Numbered from the stretch's first letter, positions 1 to 11,014 are shown. The stretch: DNA of 64,000 bases from an uncultured Methanoregulaceae archaeon (GCA_963717525.1 OY970343.1:1056001-1120000), one strand, 5' to 3'. Notes: a model not told the origin generated them from the letters alone. Translations and numbers: made by a program.

Positions 1-1
1 C

Positions 2-274
2 CGGAGCCGGGGCCTCGGCCGTAATATTACCGCAGGCCTCCGCTCGCTGGCCGGTGGTGAAATTCACGAGTACACCCAGCTCCTCAACCAGTCCCGGGAA
101 GAAGCGCTCGCACGGTTGAAAGAGCACGCGAAGGCGCTCGGAGCAAACGCGGTCATCGGCGTTGCGTTCGATTCCTCTGAGACGGGGGGCGTCATGACCG
201 AGGTGCTTGCCTACGGCACCGCGGTGGTGGTCGAGCCGGAGACGACAGCGGCAAGCCCGGTCCGGCTCGGGTGA
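2..274 (+). CDS. YbjQ-like (UPF0145) heavy-metal-binding domain protein, 5'-truncated by window edge
   Basis: My translation of frame 2: RSRGLGRNITAGLRSLAGGEIHEYTQLLNQSREEALARLKEHAKALGANAVIGVAFDS...EVLAYGTAVVV, a typical YbjQ signature; not in the ORF track. Confidence 0.9.
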   Translation, partial: RSRGLGRNITAGLRSLAGGEIHEYTQLLNQSREEALARLKEHAKALGANAVIGVAFDSSETGGVMTEVLAYGTAVVVEPETTAASPVRLG

Positions 275-1008
275 GGGCAGGGAAATTGTTACAGGACGAT
301 CCGGATCTTTTCTCCCAAAACACCGGGCAGATGAGGGCACCTCAAAACAGCCCTTCTTTTCATTTCCCCGCATCTTTGCCCATCCGGGAAAAGATCGGCC
401 AAGAGAAAGATGCTATTTAGAGCCCTTGTTCTCCGACGTAAAAATAGCCTCAGGATCATGAATTAGTGCCCCTTTTGACCGAATTAGTGCGTCCCGGTCG
501 GACAAAAGAGGTAATCCGGGTTCAATTCGGGCCCGGAACAGCCCGGTTCAGATTGGAGAGGGGGGATCTGTCATGAAATACCCTAGCCCGGGGGAAGATC
601 CCCAAAACAGGCCTTTTTTGCCCCGGCCCCCTCCTCCAGCACCTCCGGAAAAAGGGGGCCAACAGAAGCCCGCTATAGTGCAGGTTTAAGTGGCCCTCTT
701 TTTGGCCGGTTTTAAAAAAGAGGGGCAAAATGGTGTTTTTTCCGTGGGCGTGGACATCGTTTCCTGTGGAACCAGAAAACGGGATCCCCGGATCGGTAAT
801 CCGGGGTCGTATCGGGCGTATTTGGGATACGCTTTTTTGGGGGAATATGGGAGGAGACTCATGTATCCCCACTCTTGTTCTCCGACGGAAGGGAGGCCAG
901 GACCGTGAAGATTCAGCGATATTCCGGGGTCGAAATCGCAAAAAAAAGGTTATTCAGGCCAACCGCCACCCTGTCAGAACCCTTATCAGATGTATTATGA
1001 GAATATAC

Positions 1009-1185
1009 ATGATGAAAAAAATTGGAAGAACGGGAATCCTCCTGGGGATTGCAGGATTTATAGTGGTGATCGTTCTGTCCTGGCTGAGCTTCCTGATTTT
1101 TATTTCCGGCATCATTCTGATCGGTGCAGGATTGATCTGTTTGCAATTCGATCCCCCGGAGTGGTATGAATTACGGGGCAGATAG
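1009..1185 (+). CDS. small two-TM membrane protein (hypothetical)
   Basis: MMKKIGRTGILLGIAGFIVVIVLSWLSFLIFISGIILIGAGLICLQF; two hydrophobic segments. Confidence 0.55.
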   Translation: MMKKIGRTGILLGIAGFIVVIVLSWLSFLIFISGIILIGAGLICLQFDPPEWYELRGR

Positions 1186-1288
1186 TTCCCCACACAATCT
1201 CTTGCGATGGCCCCGCACCCCGGGTAGTACTGCCGCGGGATCGCGCTCCAATATTGCTTATCCACCTTTGTGATCTTTAAGCTGAGCC

Positions 1289-1978
1289 TCATATCCGCGT
1301 TCTGTTGGCAAAAGTCCGGGCGCCCGGTATGTGCCGGGGGCCCGGTATGTGATTCATCAGTGCCTGCAGGAACGCGAATATGGCTGTCATATTAAGATGG
1401 AAAACAAAGACGAAAAACAAGATCCAAATTATAAAAATTCCAACAGCTATTTGCCAAAGCCTTTGCGATATACGAAGGCTTAATTTCGCATAAAATGTTA
1501 AGGTCTTGCCATCGTCTTCGACGAAATATATGTATCGATCTATCGGAAATACCGGGATAAAGAAAAATGTAAAGTACCGCGTAAAGCCGTACATTTTTAA
1601 TCCAATTCCAAAGAAATTAAAAAGTGTTGGTGTTTCTATAGAGAAGTCTTGGTGTTTTTTGTCTTCCCTTGGCGGTGTATAAAGAGGAACTTCCTCGGTA
1701 CTTGAATAACGAGAATATTCCTTTGGAGGGGTATAACGAGGAACTTCCTTGGAAGGTGTACCACCAATTTTATGTAATTCATCATAGGATCTTCGTTTTG
1801 TTGGATCACGAAGTATCGCATAAGCTTCATTAATTTCTTTAAAAATTTCCTCTGCGCCGGGATCTTTACATAAATCAGGATGGTACTTTACTGCAAGGTT
1901 ACGATATGCCTTTTTTATCTCATCGGCTGATGCATCTCTTTTAACGTGGAGTATTGCATAATAGTCTTTTGCCGTCAT
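1289..1978 (-). CDS. DnaJ-domain membrane protein
   Basis: N-terminal J domain (KDYYAIL...KYHPD...[11 protein letters not shown]), no Zn finger, hydrophobic C-terminus. Confidence 0.9.
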   Translation of the reverse strand: MTAKDYYAILHVKRDASADEIKKAYRNLAVKYHPDLCKDPGAEEIFKEINEAYAILRDPTKRRSYDELHKIGGTPSKEVPRYTPPKEYSRYSSTEEVPLYTPPREDKKHQDFSIETPTLFNFFGIGLKMYGFTRYFTFFFIPVFPIDRYIYFVEDDGKTLTFYAKLSLRISQRLWQIAVGIFIIWILFFVFVFHLNMTAIFAFLQALMNHIPGPRHIPGARTFANRTRI

Positions 1979-2092
1979 TTCATTCAGCTAGAATGAAGAA
2001 ACGTCTGTTTTTCCAGATTTAATCATTCCCAATCCGGTTGTATCTGTCCGCAATCCGGGGCCATCCAGACAACAAGTACGAACCGGCCATTC

Positions 2093-2536
2093 TCAGAAAA
2101 GTTTTCTGATATACGTTATCAGGGATAAGTGGGCATTCTCGAAAATCCCTTTTTCATTCTTCGTTTCTTCGAGCTGGTATTTCCTCTCGTTTTCTTTGAA
2201 ATTGTGAATCCCTTGATCAATTGCCAAGTTAAAAGACACCGTAATTTCGTCTAATTTGCGGAATATCTCTTTTGCATTGTATTTGCTTTTGTTATAATGA
2301 TCCGTTATTTCTTCCGGGGATGCAAAGTGAAAGCCTTGGCAATTTGGCAGTTGTTTAAATCCTCTGCAAGGTCTGAAAATCTGATACTGCATTTTGAAAT
2401 TCCTCATATCGTCGTCAAATTGGGAACGGTACTGTAACTCTTATGCAAAGGAAGAAATTTGCATGTTTCTAATTTCTTCGATTTTGGCAGTCCAGAAATT
2501 TATGAACTTATCGACATAATCTTCCTTATCGGCCAT
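2093..2536 (-). pseudogene. AT-rich hypothetical gene interrupted by one in-frame TAA
   Basis: ATG at 2536 reads MADKEDYVDKFINFW...SSFA*ELQYRSQFDDD and continues in frame into the 104-aa ORF 2093-2407. Confidence 0.5.
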
Positions 2537-2898
2537 AAGGAGAGATATTCATCGCAGATTATATTTAATTCAATCCGGCAGACATACCCGGCATTCAGTA
2601 CAGAATTGCCACGGGATCGCGCTCCATGACCTTTAGGAAACTACCTTGCCGAGTCCTAAAAATCCCATGATAAAGAGCGCCGTGTAAATCCGCCCAAAAA
2701 AATGTCCTTAATAATACCAAAAGACCATTTTTTATCCGCCCCAACCAAGTGCCCTTATTAAAAAATAATGTGACAGTTGGATGATAGAGGAAAGCCTGAA
2801 TATAGATAGAAGTAAAATAAACCTTTTAAGAGTTTTCAGACGTTAGCGCAAAATAACAAAGTAAATGCTTTAAACTTTGTCTTTCTCCAAAAAAAGGA

Positions 2899-4092
2899 CT
2901 ATTTGTTGATATGCACGACCTTTGCCGGGGGAAACCCGTTGAAGTACGTGGACGAGGCGATCGAGTAGGCCCCGATATTTTCCGAGTAAACAAGGTCCCC
3001 GATCTCCAGTTCCGGCAGTTCTGCCGAGAGCGTGATCGTGTCAAAGGCATCGCAGGTCGGCCCGAAGACTGCTGAGATCTGGCGTGGTCCCTCCTTGAAC
3101 GCGAGCACCGGGTAGGTGCAGTGATCGAAGACCTGTCCCGAGTAGGTGTGGTAGACGCCGTCGTTGATATAATAGCAGGGCTTGCCATCACGGTACGCCT
3201 TTCCCACAACCTTTGCAACCAGCGTGCAGGCATTCGCAACCAGGAACCGGCCGGGCTCGGCAAGAATCTCCATGTCGGCCGGGAAGAACCTGGCGATCTC
3301 GGCTTTGAGTTTTACGGCGAGTTCTTTGATGGAACGGACCTCGGGGTTGTACTTCACGGGAAAGCCGCCACCGATATCAAGGATCCTGATTTTCTTGTCC
3401 AGCCGGTGCTCCGCCTCCGCAATGATGTCGGCTGCGATCTGCAGCGCCACGACATAGTTGTCGAAGTTGGTGCACTGGCTCCCCACATGGAAGCTTAATC
3501 CCTCGACGACAAGCCCAAGATCAAAGGCCGCCGCGATCAGGTCGACCGCCTCGCCCGGGTCAGCCCCGAACTTCGAGGAGAGCTCGACCATGGACCCGGT
3601 GTTTGGCACCCGGAGCCTGAGCACGAGCCCGGCCTGCGGGGCGTGTGCCCGGATCTTCCTGAGCTCCTCGATGTTGTCGAAGGTCACAAGCGGCTTGTAC
3701 TGGTTAAGCTCTTCCAGTGTCTCGATTGGCTTGATGGTGTTCGCGTATATAATACGGTCCCAGATCCAGTCCTGCCGTTCCTTGTCCGGCAGATCTTTGA
3801 TAAAGTTATAGACGATCATGAACTCGGGCATAGAGGCGACATCAAAACTCGCCCCCAGATCCATGAGGGTTTTTACAATCTCGGGGTTCGAGTTCGCTTT
3901 CACTGCAAAATAGACCTGGATCTTGGGAAAATTCTTCTTGAATTCGCGGTAATTCTCCCGGATCTTCTTGTGGTCAATCACAAAAAGGGGAGTCCCTTCT
4001 TTTCCCGCCAAATCCTCGAACATCTGGCGACCTCCACGGTCCATGTGGGAGACCGTGTCATCCTGCCTGCATGCGTTTGTTGAAGAGTTCAC
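2899..4092 (-). CDS. ornithine/lysine decarboxylase, type III PLP-dependent
   Basis: FAVKAN PLP lysine, SFHVGSQ, LDIGGGFP, EPGRF, FGPTCD and GAYS motifs; true start may be the ATG near 4023. Confidence 0.9.
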   Translation of the reverse strand: MNSSTNACRQDDTVSHMDRGGRQMFEDLAGKEGTPLFVIDHKKIRENYREFKKNFPKIQVYFAVKANSNPEIVKTLMDLGASFDVASMPEFMIVYNFIKDLPDKERQDWIWDRIIYANTIKPIETLEELNQYKPLVTFDNIEELRKIRAHAPQAGLVLRLRVPNTGSMVELSSKFGADPGEAVDLIAAAFDLGLVVEGLSFHVGSQCTNFDNYVVALQIAADIIAEAEHRLDKKIRILDIGGGFPVKYNPEVRSIKELAVKLKAEIARFFPADMEILAEPGRFLVANACTLVAKVVGKAYRDGKPCYYINDGVYHTYSGQVFDHCTYPVLAFKEGPRQISAVFGPTCDAFDTITLSAELPELEIGDLVYSENIGAYSIASSTYFNGFPPAKVVHINK

Positions 4093-4128
4093 GTCCGTTC
4101 CTCTGCGCTTTGTTGGTACATGAGTGAT

Positions 4129-5571
4129 TCATCGCACAAATAAGAAGTTTTTGAATTGCCAGACATCGGACTTGTCGTAGTTGTTCTCAGGGTTCTCCCG
4201 GAAATAGACCGTCCGGTTTTTGAGCGGCGTCCAGTCAGAAGGCCCGGACCAGAATTCCCCGAGATAGGGTTTTGCAATATCCAGTACAAATTCGTGGGGC
4301 AGGTCGTCAGGCAGGCAGAATCCCTTCTTTGGGTTCTCGATCATCCACATCACCGCGGAGACGACACCGAGCGCGACCTGGATCGTGGTCGCGTTCTGTC
4401 CCGGCGCAAGTTTTTTTGCTTCGTCTATGGGGAGGATGCTGCCCGTCCACCAGGAATTATACGGGTGGCCCATCAGGAGCGCGCCAAGGATATCGGACCC
4501 GCCGGATATTTCACGGTCGTTCATGATCCGGAGCTTGGGCTGGAGCTCGTAGTTCCTGCCCCGCAGTTCATGGAGCGATGCGATCGTTGCATCGCAGGGC
4601 ATGTACGCGTAGTTCACGGTCGGCCGGTAGATCGCTTTACCGTCCTTCCAGACCGTCCACCGGTCGGAGATGCCGAATGCCTCCCCGTGACGGATCACCA
4701 TGCCCACGATCTCCTGCTCGGGGACCCAGGACCGGATCCAGGTATTGATCCCCATGTGGGGGAGCATGATCGCATTCTTGGGGCCCGCAGCCGGCACGTG
4801 GGCATCGGGCGGCAGTTCCTTCTCGTGGGTGCCCCACCCGATTTCGGCCGGGGCCGTGCCCTCTTCGAGCAGCCCCTCGATACACCAGGTCCCGACAAAT
4901 TCGTTCACTTTCTTTGGCGACCGGGTGGTCTGGGTGTCGCGCTCGGAGCAGTGGATCACCTTGATCCCGACCTCCATCGCAAGCTCGTTGAACTTCTGCT
5001 CAGCAATCAGGCGTGTAAACCGGGCCGGGTCCTGCGCGAGCCCGTCCTCGATCATCTTATGGGCGATATCCACGAGGCCCTGTTTTGTCATGTGCGAGAT
5101 AAGCCCCGGGTTTGCCCCGTGGTCGACCACGCTGGTTGTAGAATTTTTCCAGTCCCGGGTCAGCTCCCGCAGTTTCATCTGCCGGTAATACAGGGACTTC
5201 TCGACCGGGCTTGCGGTATAGCGCTCACCGAGCGGGTCCCAGGCTTCCACGGACGTGTTCACGTACAGCACGTTGTGGTCGTGACACCATTGGACAATTT
5301 CGCCTGCGTCGATGTTCCATGCAAGATCGATCAAGAGGCCGCCCTCGGCAAGGGTCTCGGCGAGGATCGTATTGAGATTTTCTGGGGTGATCTTCCGTTT
5401 CAGGAACCGGAGGCCCCGGGTCGTATATGCCTTGAGGTCCTGGGATTTATCCTTAAAATCAACGATGGTGATATTTTCAAGCGGAATATTGACATGCCGG
5501 AGCAGGATCGGAATCGTGCACTTTGATACGGCCCCATATCCGATAATGAGTACTTTGTTTTTAAAGTCCAT
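4129..5571 (-). CDS. hss: homospermidine synthase
   Basis: GYGAV Rossmann motif, NTSVEAW, HGANPGLISH, HCSERDTQ, QNATTIQV; adjacent to the decarboxylase. Confidence 0.88.
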   Translation of the reverse strand: MDFKNKVLIIGYGAVSKCTIPILLRHVNIPLENITIVDFKDKSQDLKAYTTRGLRFLKRKITPENLNTILAETLAEGGLLIDLAWNIDAGEIVQWCHDHNVLYVNTSVEAWDPLGERYTASPVEKSLYYRQMKLRELTRDWKNSTTSVVDHGANPGLISHMTKQGLVDIAHKMIEDGLAQDPARFTRLIAEQKFNELAMEVGIKVIHCSERDTQTTRSPKKVNEFVGTWCIEGLLEEGTAPAEIGWGTHEKELPPDAHVPAAGPKNAIMLPHMGINTWIRSWVPEQEIVGMVIRHGEAFGISDRWTVWKDGKAIYRPTVNYAYMPCDATIASLHELRGRNYELQPKLRIMNDREISGGSDILGALLMGHPYNSWWTGSILPIDEAKKLAPGQNATTIQVALGVVSAVMWMIENPKKGFCLPDDLPHEFVLDIAKPYLGEFWSGPSDWTPLKNRTVYFRENPENNYDKSDVWQFKNFLFVR

Positions 5572-5735
5572 CCAAAACCTCCTGGGCTTAAAATATAACC
5601 CGTTTTTATTTTAGGCGCTCTGACGTTATAAAATTATGAGAAAATCGCGAAAATTTGCCATACATGCCTTGCCCCACCGGCAAAAAAAGCGGTTACTTAA
5701 TTGGGAAAAGGTACAATATACCGGCAGGCGATCCT

Positions 5736-5918
5736 ATGTCAAAACGGGCAGTTGACCTGATCTTTTCCGCGACCTATATGCTCACCGATCTCCGCATGAT
5801 CCTGCGCGAGACGGCACCGACGCACGAACTGGACGAGCAGCAGCGGGCGGAGGTAGCCCGCCTGCTCGAAAACCTCGAACGGCAGGTTGGCTCCTTAAAG
5901 CAGGAGATGCTGAAATGA
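5736..5918 (+). CDS. small hypothetical protein upstream of pscS
   Basis: MSKRAVDLIFSATYMLTDLR...; stop overlaps the next ATG (ATGA). Confidence 0.75.
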   Translation: MSKRAVDLIFSATYMLTDLRMILRETAPTHELDEQQRAEVARLLENLERQVGSLKQEMLK

Positions 5919-7097
5919 AGTGCGGGAACGGGATCGAGGCCAGGCAGGTAAACGAGCCTCTTCATCAATATCGATCCGATCCAGGCCGGGGGGCGCCTGA
6001 CCGGCGACGCTATCAAGGCGATCATCGCATACGGCGACGGGTATTCGGTCTGCGACAACTGCAGGAAACCCAACCGGCTCGACTGCATTGCAAAGCCTCC
6101 CATCGCAGAGTTCCATAAAGATGTCGCCGCGTGGCTCAACATGGACGCGGCCCGGATGATGCCCGGCGCCCGGCGGGGGTTCCAGGCGGTTGCCCACACG
6201 TACGTGAACAAGGGCGACCCGGTCCTTGTGACCTCGCTCTCGCACTACACTGAGTTCCTTGCGGTCGAAGGGGCCGGCGGGGTTGCCTGCGAGATCCCGG
6301 CAGACGAACGGCATCTTATCACTCCCGATGCAGCAGCGGCAAAGATCGAGGAAGTGGTGCACAAGTTCAAAAAAGCGCCGGTCTTTGCCCTGATCGACCA
6401 CGTGGACTACCAGTACGGGAATCTGCATGATGTCGCCGGTATCGCAAAGGTGGCGCACCAGTACGATGTCCCGGTGCTCTGCAACGGCGCCTATACGGTC
6501 GGCACTATGCCGGTGGACGGAAAAGCCCTCGGGGCTGACTTCGTGGTCGGCTCGGGCCACAAGAGCATGGCGGCACCTGCCCCGTCCGGTGTCCTTGCCG
6601 TGACCGCGGAGCGGGCTAAAGAGGTCTTTCGCACGACTACGATCGAAGGGGACGTGACCGGGCGGAAGTTCGGCATCAAGGAGCCGGAGATGATGGGCTG
6701 CACGCTCATGGGTGCAACGCTCGTGGGCATGATGGCCTCGTTTCCCCATGTCAGGGAGCGGGTGAAGCATTTCGACCGGGAACTCGAAAACAACCGGGTC
6801 GTCACGGAGGCACTGCTCTCTATCGATGGGACGAAGATCCTCTCAGAGTACCCGCGGAAGCATACGCTGACCCGGGTCGATACCACCGGATCGTTTGACA
6901 AGGTTGCCGAATCCCACAAGAAGAAGGGGTTCTACTTCTCGTCCGCGTTGAATGACAAGGGGATCTTCGGGCTCATCCCGGGCGCGACCCGGGTCTGGAA
7001 GTTCAACACCTACGGGATGACGGCAAAACAGGCCCGGTACCTCGCCGATGCCTTCATCGCGGTGGCACAGGAGAACGGGGTTCTGGTAAAATCATAA
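5915..7097 (+). CDS. pscS: O-phospho-L-seryl-tRNA:Cys-tRNA synthase (apparent +1 frameshift near 5957)
   Basis: After removing one base: LFINIDPIQAGGRLT...YGDGYSVCDNC; PGAR, HYT, GSGHKSMAA PLP motif, GCT. Confidence 0.92.
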
Positions 7098-7150
7098 TTT
7101 TTTTGCAGGTCCAACTATCCCCGCGAAATCCCTCCTTTTTACAATTACCC

Positions 7151-7330
7151 TTATCCTGCCGGCATGGATTTTATCTTGTAACATATGCCGAGATCCGTGG
7201 TGAAAAGGTACAAAATACCGACATCGATAAGGGTTGAAAATACCCCGATAAGGAAAAACCCGATAATCTTTTCCAGGGAAAGCACGGTAAAAAAGGTGCT
7301 CCCTTTTATCTGTTCTGCAAGGGTGGTCAT
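7151..7330 (-). pseudogene. truncated GtrA-family flippase-like fragment
   Basis: KIIGFFLIGVFSTLIDVGILYLFT resembles GtrA TM1; ends after 59 aa; directly downstream of the GT39 gene. Confidence 0.6.
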
Positions 7331-7341
7331 ACAACAGCAGG

Positions 7342-9522
7342 TTACCCGGGGCCTGCTGCCCCGGCGCAATCATAGAGGGTGGTCGAGGTAAGGCCCCCCG
7401 GTGCAGCAGTGCCCGCCGGGTTTGTTCCCGTCCCGTTTACTGTTGACAGGTCTACCGGGGTGCAGTGGGTGCTCACCCAGACAAAGATTTCGCTGTTGCC
7501 CGCGTTCATCCCGTCTCCGGTGCCCCCGCCGCCCATGCCTCCGGTGAGGAAATACCGGACTTTTCCTTCCTGGATAAGGCTGGTAAGCGAGGTCAGGTTC
7601 AGGATCCGGTCGCTGCCGGAGAACCCGCCGATTGCCATGACCGGCTTTCCAGTCTGGATGATCAGGTCGGCTCCGGACTGGCTGTTCGGGACAGCGAGGA
7701 TCCAGGTCTCATTGGTGGTGTTGGCGAGCAGGTAATTTTCCAGCTGGGTGTTTACGGTTGCGCTGCCCATGCCGCCCCGGGCAAATGTTCCCGGACCGGC
7801 AAGAGCGTTCGTATTTCCCACCCCGTACAGCCGTTCCCGGCCAGCGGCGTTCTGGGCGAAACCTGCCCTGTCCGTGCCCGTCAGGAACCCTGTCGCTCCC
7901 GTTCCTCCACCGATCCTGCCTGCCTGCGGAGGGCCGGCAACAGCCTGAGTGTCCCCGTACAGGAAGGGCGTACAGGCCCAGACAAAGGGCGCGACAAAGA
8001 GAAGGCCGAGCGCGATGACCGCCATGTATTTCCTGCGGTCGTGTGAACCTGCCGTATCCTGAAGTTTCAGGTACGTAAGAGCCCCTGTGCATAGGAGGGT
8101 CCCGAAGAGAACAACCGGGACAATCGGCCCTGACCACTGGTTGTCGTATGACAAAAAAAGGGCCTGGAGGAGCCCGGTGATGAGCACCGCCCCGACAAGG
8201 ATCCAGCCTTCCCAGATCTCTGACAGGTACTCGCGGTACATCGCTATGGCCCCGATTCCGACGATTGCTGCAAGAGGCGGTGCGATGGTCGCGATGTAAT
8301 AGGTATGCCCGAATGCGGTCGAATAACTAAAAAAGAGGAGGCCGGGCACAAGCCAGAACAGCATCGCGATGAGGACAAGCCCCCGTTCGGAAAAGAGACC
8401 GCTCTTCTCAAACCCTTTGAGCGTGAGGGTGGCGGGTCTTCTCACCCATGCAAGCAGCCCGATCAGGGCGAGGGGGAGGAGCCAGGAGAACTGTCCTGCG
8501 AGCGCTTCACCGAAGAACCGGGTAAGGCCCGGCGCTCCCTCGCCGTTTGCCATGCCTCCGGCAGCAGCGCCGGACCGGGTGGCAGCCACATCCCTGTACT
8601 GACCTGCATCCGCGCCTCTCATACCGGCTGCCGGCAGCTGCCCCGCTTCCCTGAGGGTACCGTTCCTCTGCGCTCCCACCGCACCATTGCCCATGAAATC
8701 CATTCCACGGTTTTCCAGACCGAGGCGTTCGAGCCCGTTGTAATTGATGATGAGACCAAGAACCGTGTTGTCCCCGCTCCCGCCGATATAGGGTCGCTCG
8801 CTTGCGGGCACCATATCGACGGCGACTGCCCAGGAAAGGGAGACACAAAGGAGCACCATAACCGCTATTCCCAGGTGGAGTGCACGTTTTTTCCAGGAGA
8901 AATTCGTTGTACCAAGGAGATAGACCAAAAGGATCGCAGGGACGACAACAAACGCCTGGATCATCTTGATATTGAAGCCGATCCCGACAAGGATGACCGA
9001 GACAAGGAGCCAGGGGAGGGAGCGCTCCCGCGTTGCTTTGAGGACAGCCCAGACCGCAAGGAGCAGGACAAAGATGAGCTGGGTATCCATGGTGCCATTT
9101 CTTGAGACTGCGATGAGAATTGGGGTAACAGCAAGGGCAAGGGCTGCGACAAGGCCTGCCGGTTTCCCGAACGGCCGGGCAACGATGAAATAGACGAGAG
9201 CCACTGACCCGATACCGGCAAGTGCCTGGGGGAGGATGAGAACCCAGCCTTTAAAACCGAGCACTGCCGCAAAGGCTGCCTGCACCCAGAGGCCGACCGG
9301 CGGCTTGTCCACGGTGACAAATCCTGCGGGATCAAAGGAGTTGAAGAAACCGGCGGCAGGGTTGACAAGCGTGCTCTTCACTGCGGCTGCGTAAAACGTG
9401 TTCGTAAACCCCTGACTCCAGATGTTCCAGAGGTTCAGGAACGCGGATAAGAGCAGTATTCCGGCAAGAAGGATTTCAAATTTGTATTTCCGGACAAAAT
9501 CCCGTTCGATCAGATCAATCAC
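7342..9522 (-). CDS. GT39/ArnT-like (PMT family) membrane glycosyltransferase
   Basis: NTFYAAAVKS, VTVDKPP, GFNIKMIQAF, RPYIGGS, PVMAIGGFSGSD; many TM helices and Gly-rich linkers. Confidence 0.88.
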   Translation of the reverse strand: MIDLIERDFVRKYKFEILLAGILLLSAFLNLWNIWSQGFTNTFYAAAVKSTLVNPAAGFFNSFDPAGFVTVDKPPVGLWVQAAFAAVLGFKGWVLILPQALAGIGSVALVYFIVARPFGKPAGLVAALALAVTPILIAVSRNGTMDTQLIFVLLLAVWAVLKATRERSLPWLLVSVILVGIGFNIKMIQAFVVVPAILLVYLLGTTNFSWKKRALHLGIAVMVLLCVSLSWAVAVDMVPASERPYIGGSGDNTVLGLIINYNGLERLGLENRGMDFMGNGAVGAQRNGTLREAGQLPAAGMRGADAGQYRDVAATRSGAAAGGMANGEGAPGLTRFFGEALAGQFSWLLPLALIGLLAWVRRPATLTLKGFEKSGLFSERGLVLIAMLFWLVPGLLFFSYSTAFGHTYYIATIAPPLAAIVGIGAIAMYREYLSEIWEGWILVGAVLITGLLQALFLSYDNQWSGPIVPVVLFGTLLCTGALTYLKLQDTAGSHDRRKYMAVIALGLLFVAPFVWACTPFLYGDTQAVAGPPQAGRIGGGTGATGFLTGTDRAGFAQNAAGRERLYGVGNTNALAGPGTFARGGMGSATVNTQLENYLLANTTNETWILAVPNSQSGADLIIQTGKPVMAIGGFSGSDRILNLTSLTSLIQEGKVRYFLTGGMGGGGTGDGMNAGNSEIFVWVSTHCTPVDLSTVNGTGTNPAGTAAPGGLTSTTLYDCAGAAGPG

Positions 9523-9662
9523 CAGTCACCCGGCAGAACGGCTGCTCCAGCGCTTTCTGCCCGGATGTATTTTGTAATGTATATTGAACATATTGTAATA
9601 TATTAGTTACCTATGGGGCGGAACAGATTGTTACGGCATGCCTGTATGAACCCGGGAATTGT

Positions 9663-10856
9663 TCAGACGATCCGTCCGTTGCGAGCGATGACGTACCGGA
9701 CACGGGAAAGGACGGTATCGAGCAGCTCATCGATCCCAAGCAGGGCCTCGCTCTCCTTCACTGCAAGGCTTGTTGCCGCAGTTGCCGGCATCCGTGGCAC
9801 TGCCCGGCAGGCGAGATCGCCCTGCTTTTCCATGAACGTCCCGATTTTCCGGGCAAGCGTGATTGTCTCTGCCTTATCGTAGGTGATGAGCGGCCGGAGC
9901 ACCGGGACGGTGGTGGCATCGGAAATGACGGCGAGGTTTGCAAGGGTCTGGGAAGCCACCTGCCCGAGATTTTCCCCGGTCAGGATCGCCAGCGCACCCT
10001 CGCGCCCGCACAGGCTGCCGGCGGCCCTGATCATGAACCGCTTGCAGAGCACGCACCGGAGCCGGGCCGGGATGCGGAGTTCCTGCATCCGGTTATAGAA
10101 GGGTTCGGCATCGGCGATGATCATCTGCAGGTCGGCACCCGGGCACCAGAGCGAGAGGCGCCGGTGATTCTCGATCGCAGTTTCCCTGACGTCGCCTCCG
10201 GCCCATCGGCCGCCGTCCATGTGCAGGTGCGATACCTCGCAGCCCCGCTTCATCGCAAGCCACGATGCGACCGGGGAATCGATCCCTGATGAAAGCAGGC
10301 AGAGTGCCTTACCCTGTGAACCCCAGGGTAATCCACCCGGAGCCGGGATACGCGTATCGTAGACAAGCCCCCCGCAATCCCGGACTTCCACAAACAATTC
10401 GTATTCCGGATCAGTAAGGTCCACAGAGAGGCCGGGGATCGCGTCGTAAATGGCAGACCCGACGTACTCGCCCAGCTGCTGGCTGTTCATGCCGGTCTTG
10501 CTCTGCCTCCTGGCCCGCACGGCAAACCGGCAGGGAGGATGGAGACGGGAGAGGGCAAGGGAGACCGCCCCGTCCCGCAGGGCATCGGGCGTGGCGTCGA
10601 CACGGATGCACACGCTCACATCCACCACACCGAACACCCGCGCTATGATCGCCGCGATCTCCTCCGGTTTTTCTCCGGCAACAAAGATCCTTCCCCGGGG
10701 GCTCTCGAAACTGCAGGAGTGGCCGGTTGCTTCAAGCGCCCGCCGGATATTGCGCAGCAGGATGCCGATGAAATGGTACTTGACCGGATCGCTTTTTAAG
10801 AAGAGCTCGCCGTAGCGGACCATCACGATCTTCTCCCCATCCTGCCGCTCTGCCAT
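9663..10856 (-). CDS. thiI: tRNA 4-thiouridine synthase
   Basis: VRYGELFLKS, THUMP region, LLSSGIDSPVA PP-loop, CVLCKR, TGENLGQVASQT. Confidence 0.93.
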   Translation of the reverse strand: MAERQDGEKIVMVRYGELFLKSDPVKYHFIGILLRNIRRALEATGHSCSFESPRGRIFVAGEKPEEIAAIIARVFGVVDVSVCIRVDATPDALRDGAVSLALSRLHPPCRFAVRARRQSKTGMNSQQLGEYVGSAIYDAIPGLSVDLTDPEYELFVEVRDCGGLVYDTRIPAPGGLPWGSQGKALCLLSSGIDSPVASWLAMKRGCEVSHLHMDGGRWAGGDVRETAIENHRRLSLWCPGADLQMIIADAEPFYNRMQELRIPARLRCVLCKRFMIRAAGSLCGREGALAILTGENLGQVASQTLANLAVISDATTVPVLRPLITYDKAETITLARKIGTFMEKQGDLACRAVPRMPATAATSLAVKESEALLGIDELLDTVLSRVRYVIARNGRIV

Positions 10857-11014
10857 GATCATCTTAGATAGTGGAGGGCACGAGCTGATAACCATTGGCG
10901 GTCTCCTCCCTTAACAGCCAGGCCTTGACCATTTCCTCTCCGGTCCTGCTCCATTATCTTGTAGTACCGGGGATAACGAAACTCTTTAATCGGCGGAGCG
11001 AATAGTGTACTGAA

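Noticed and set aside
4156..5526. Long antisense ORFs (e.g. 4156-5526, 31889-33079, 17761-18858, 25312-26316)
   Set aside because: Shadow ORFs opposite well-supported GC-rich genes.
5940..5970. Programmed frameshifting in pscS, hisB or rfcL
   Set aside because: No shared slippery motif, and indels of both signs occur across unrelated genes; sequencing error is more parsimonious.
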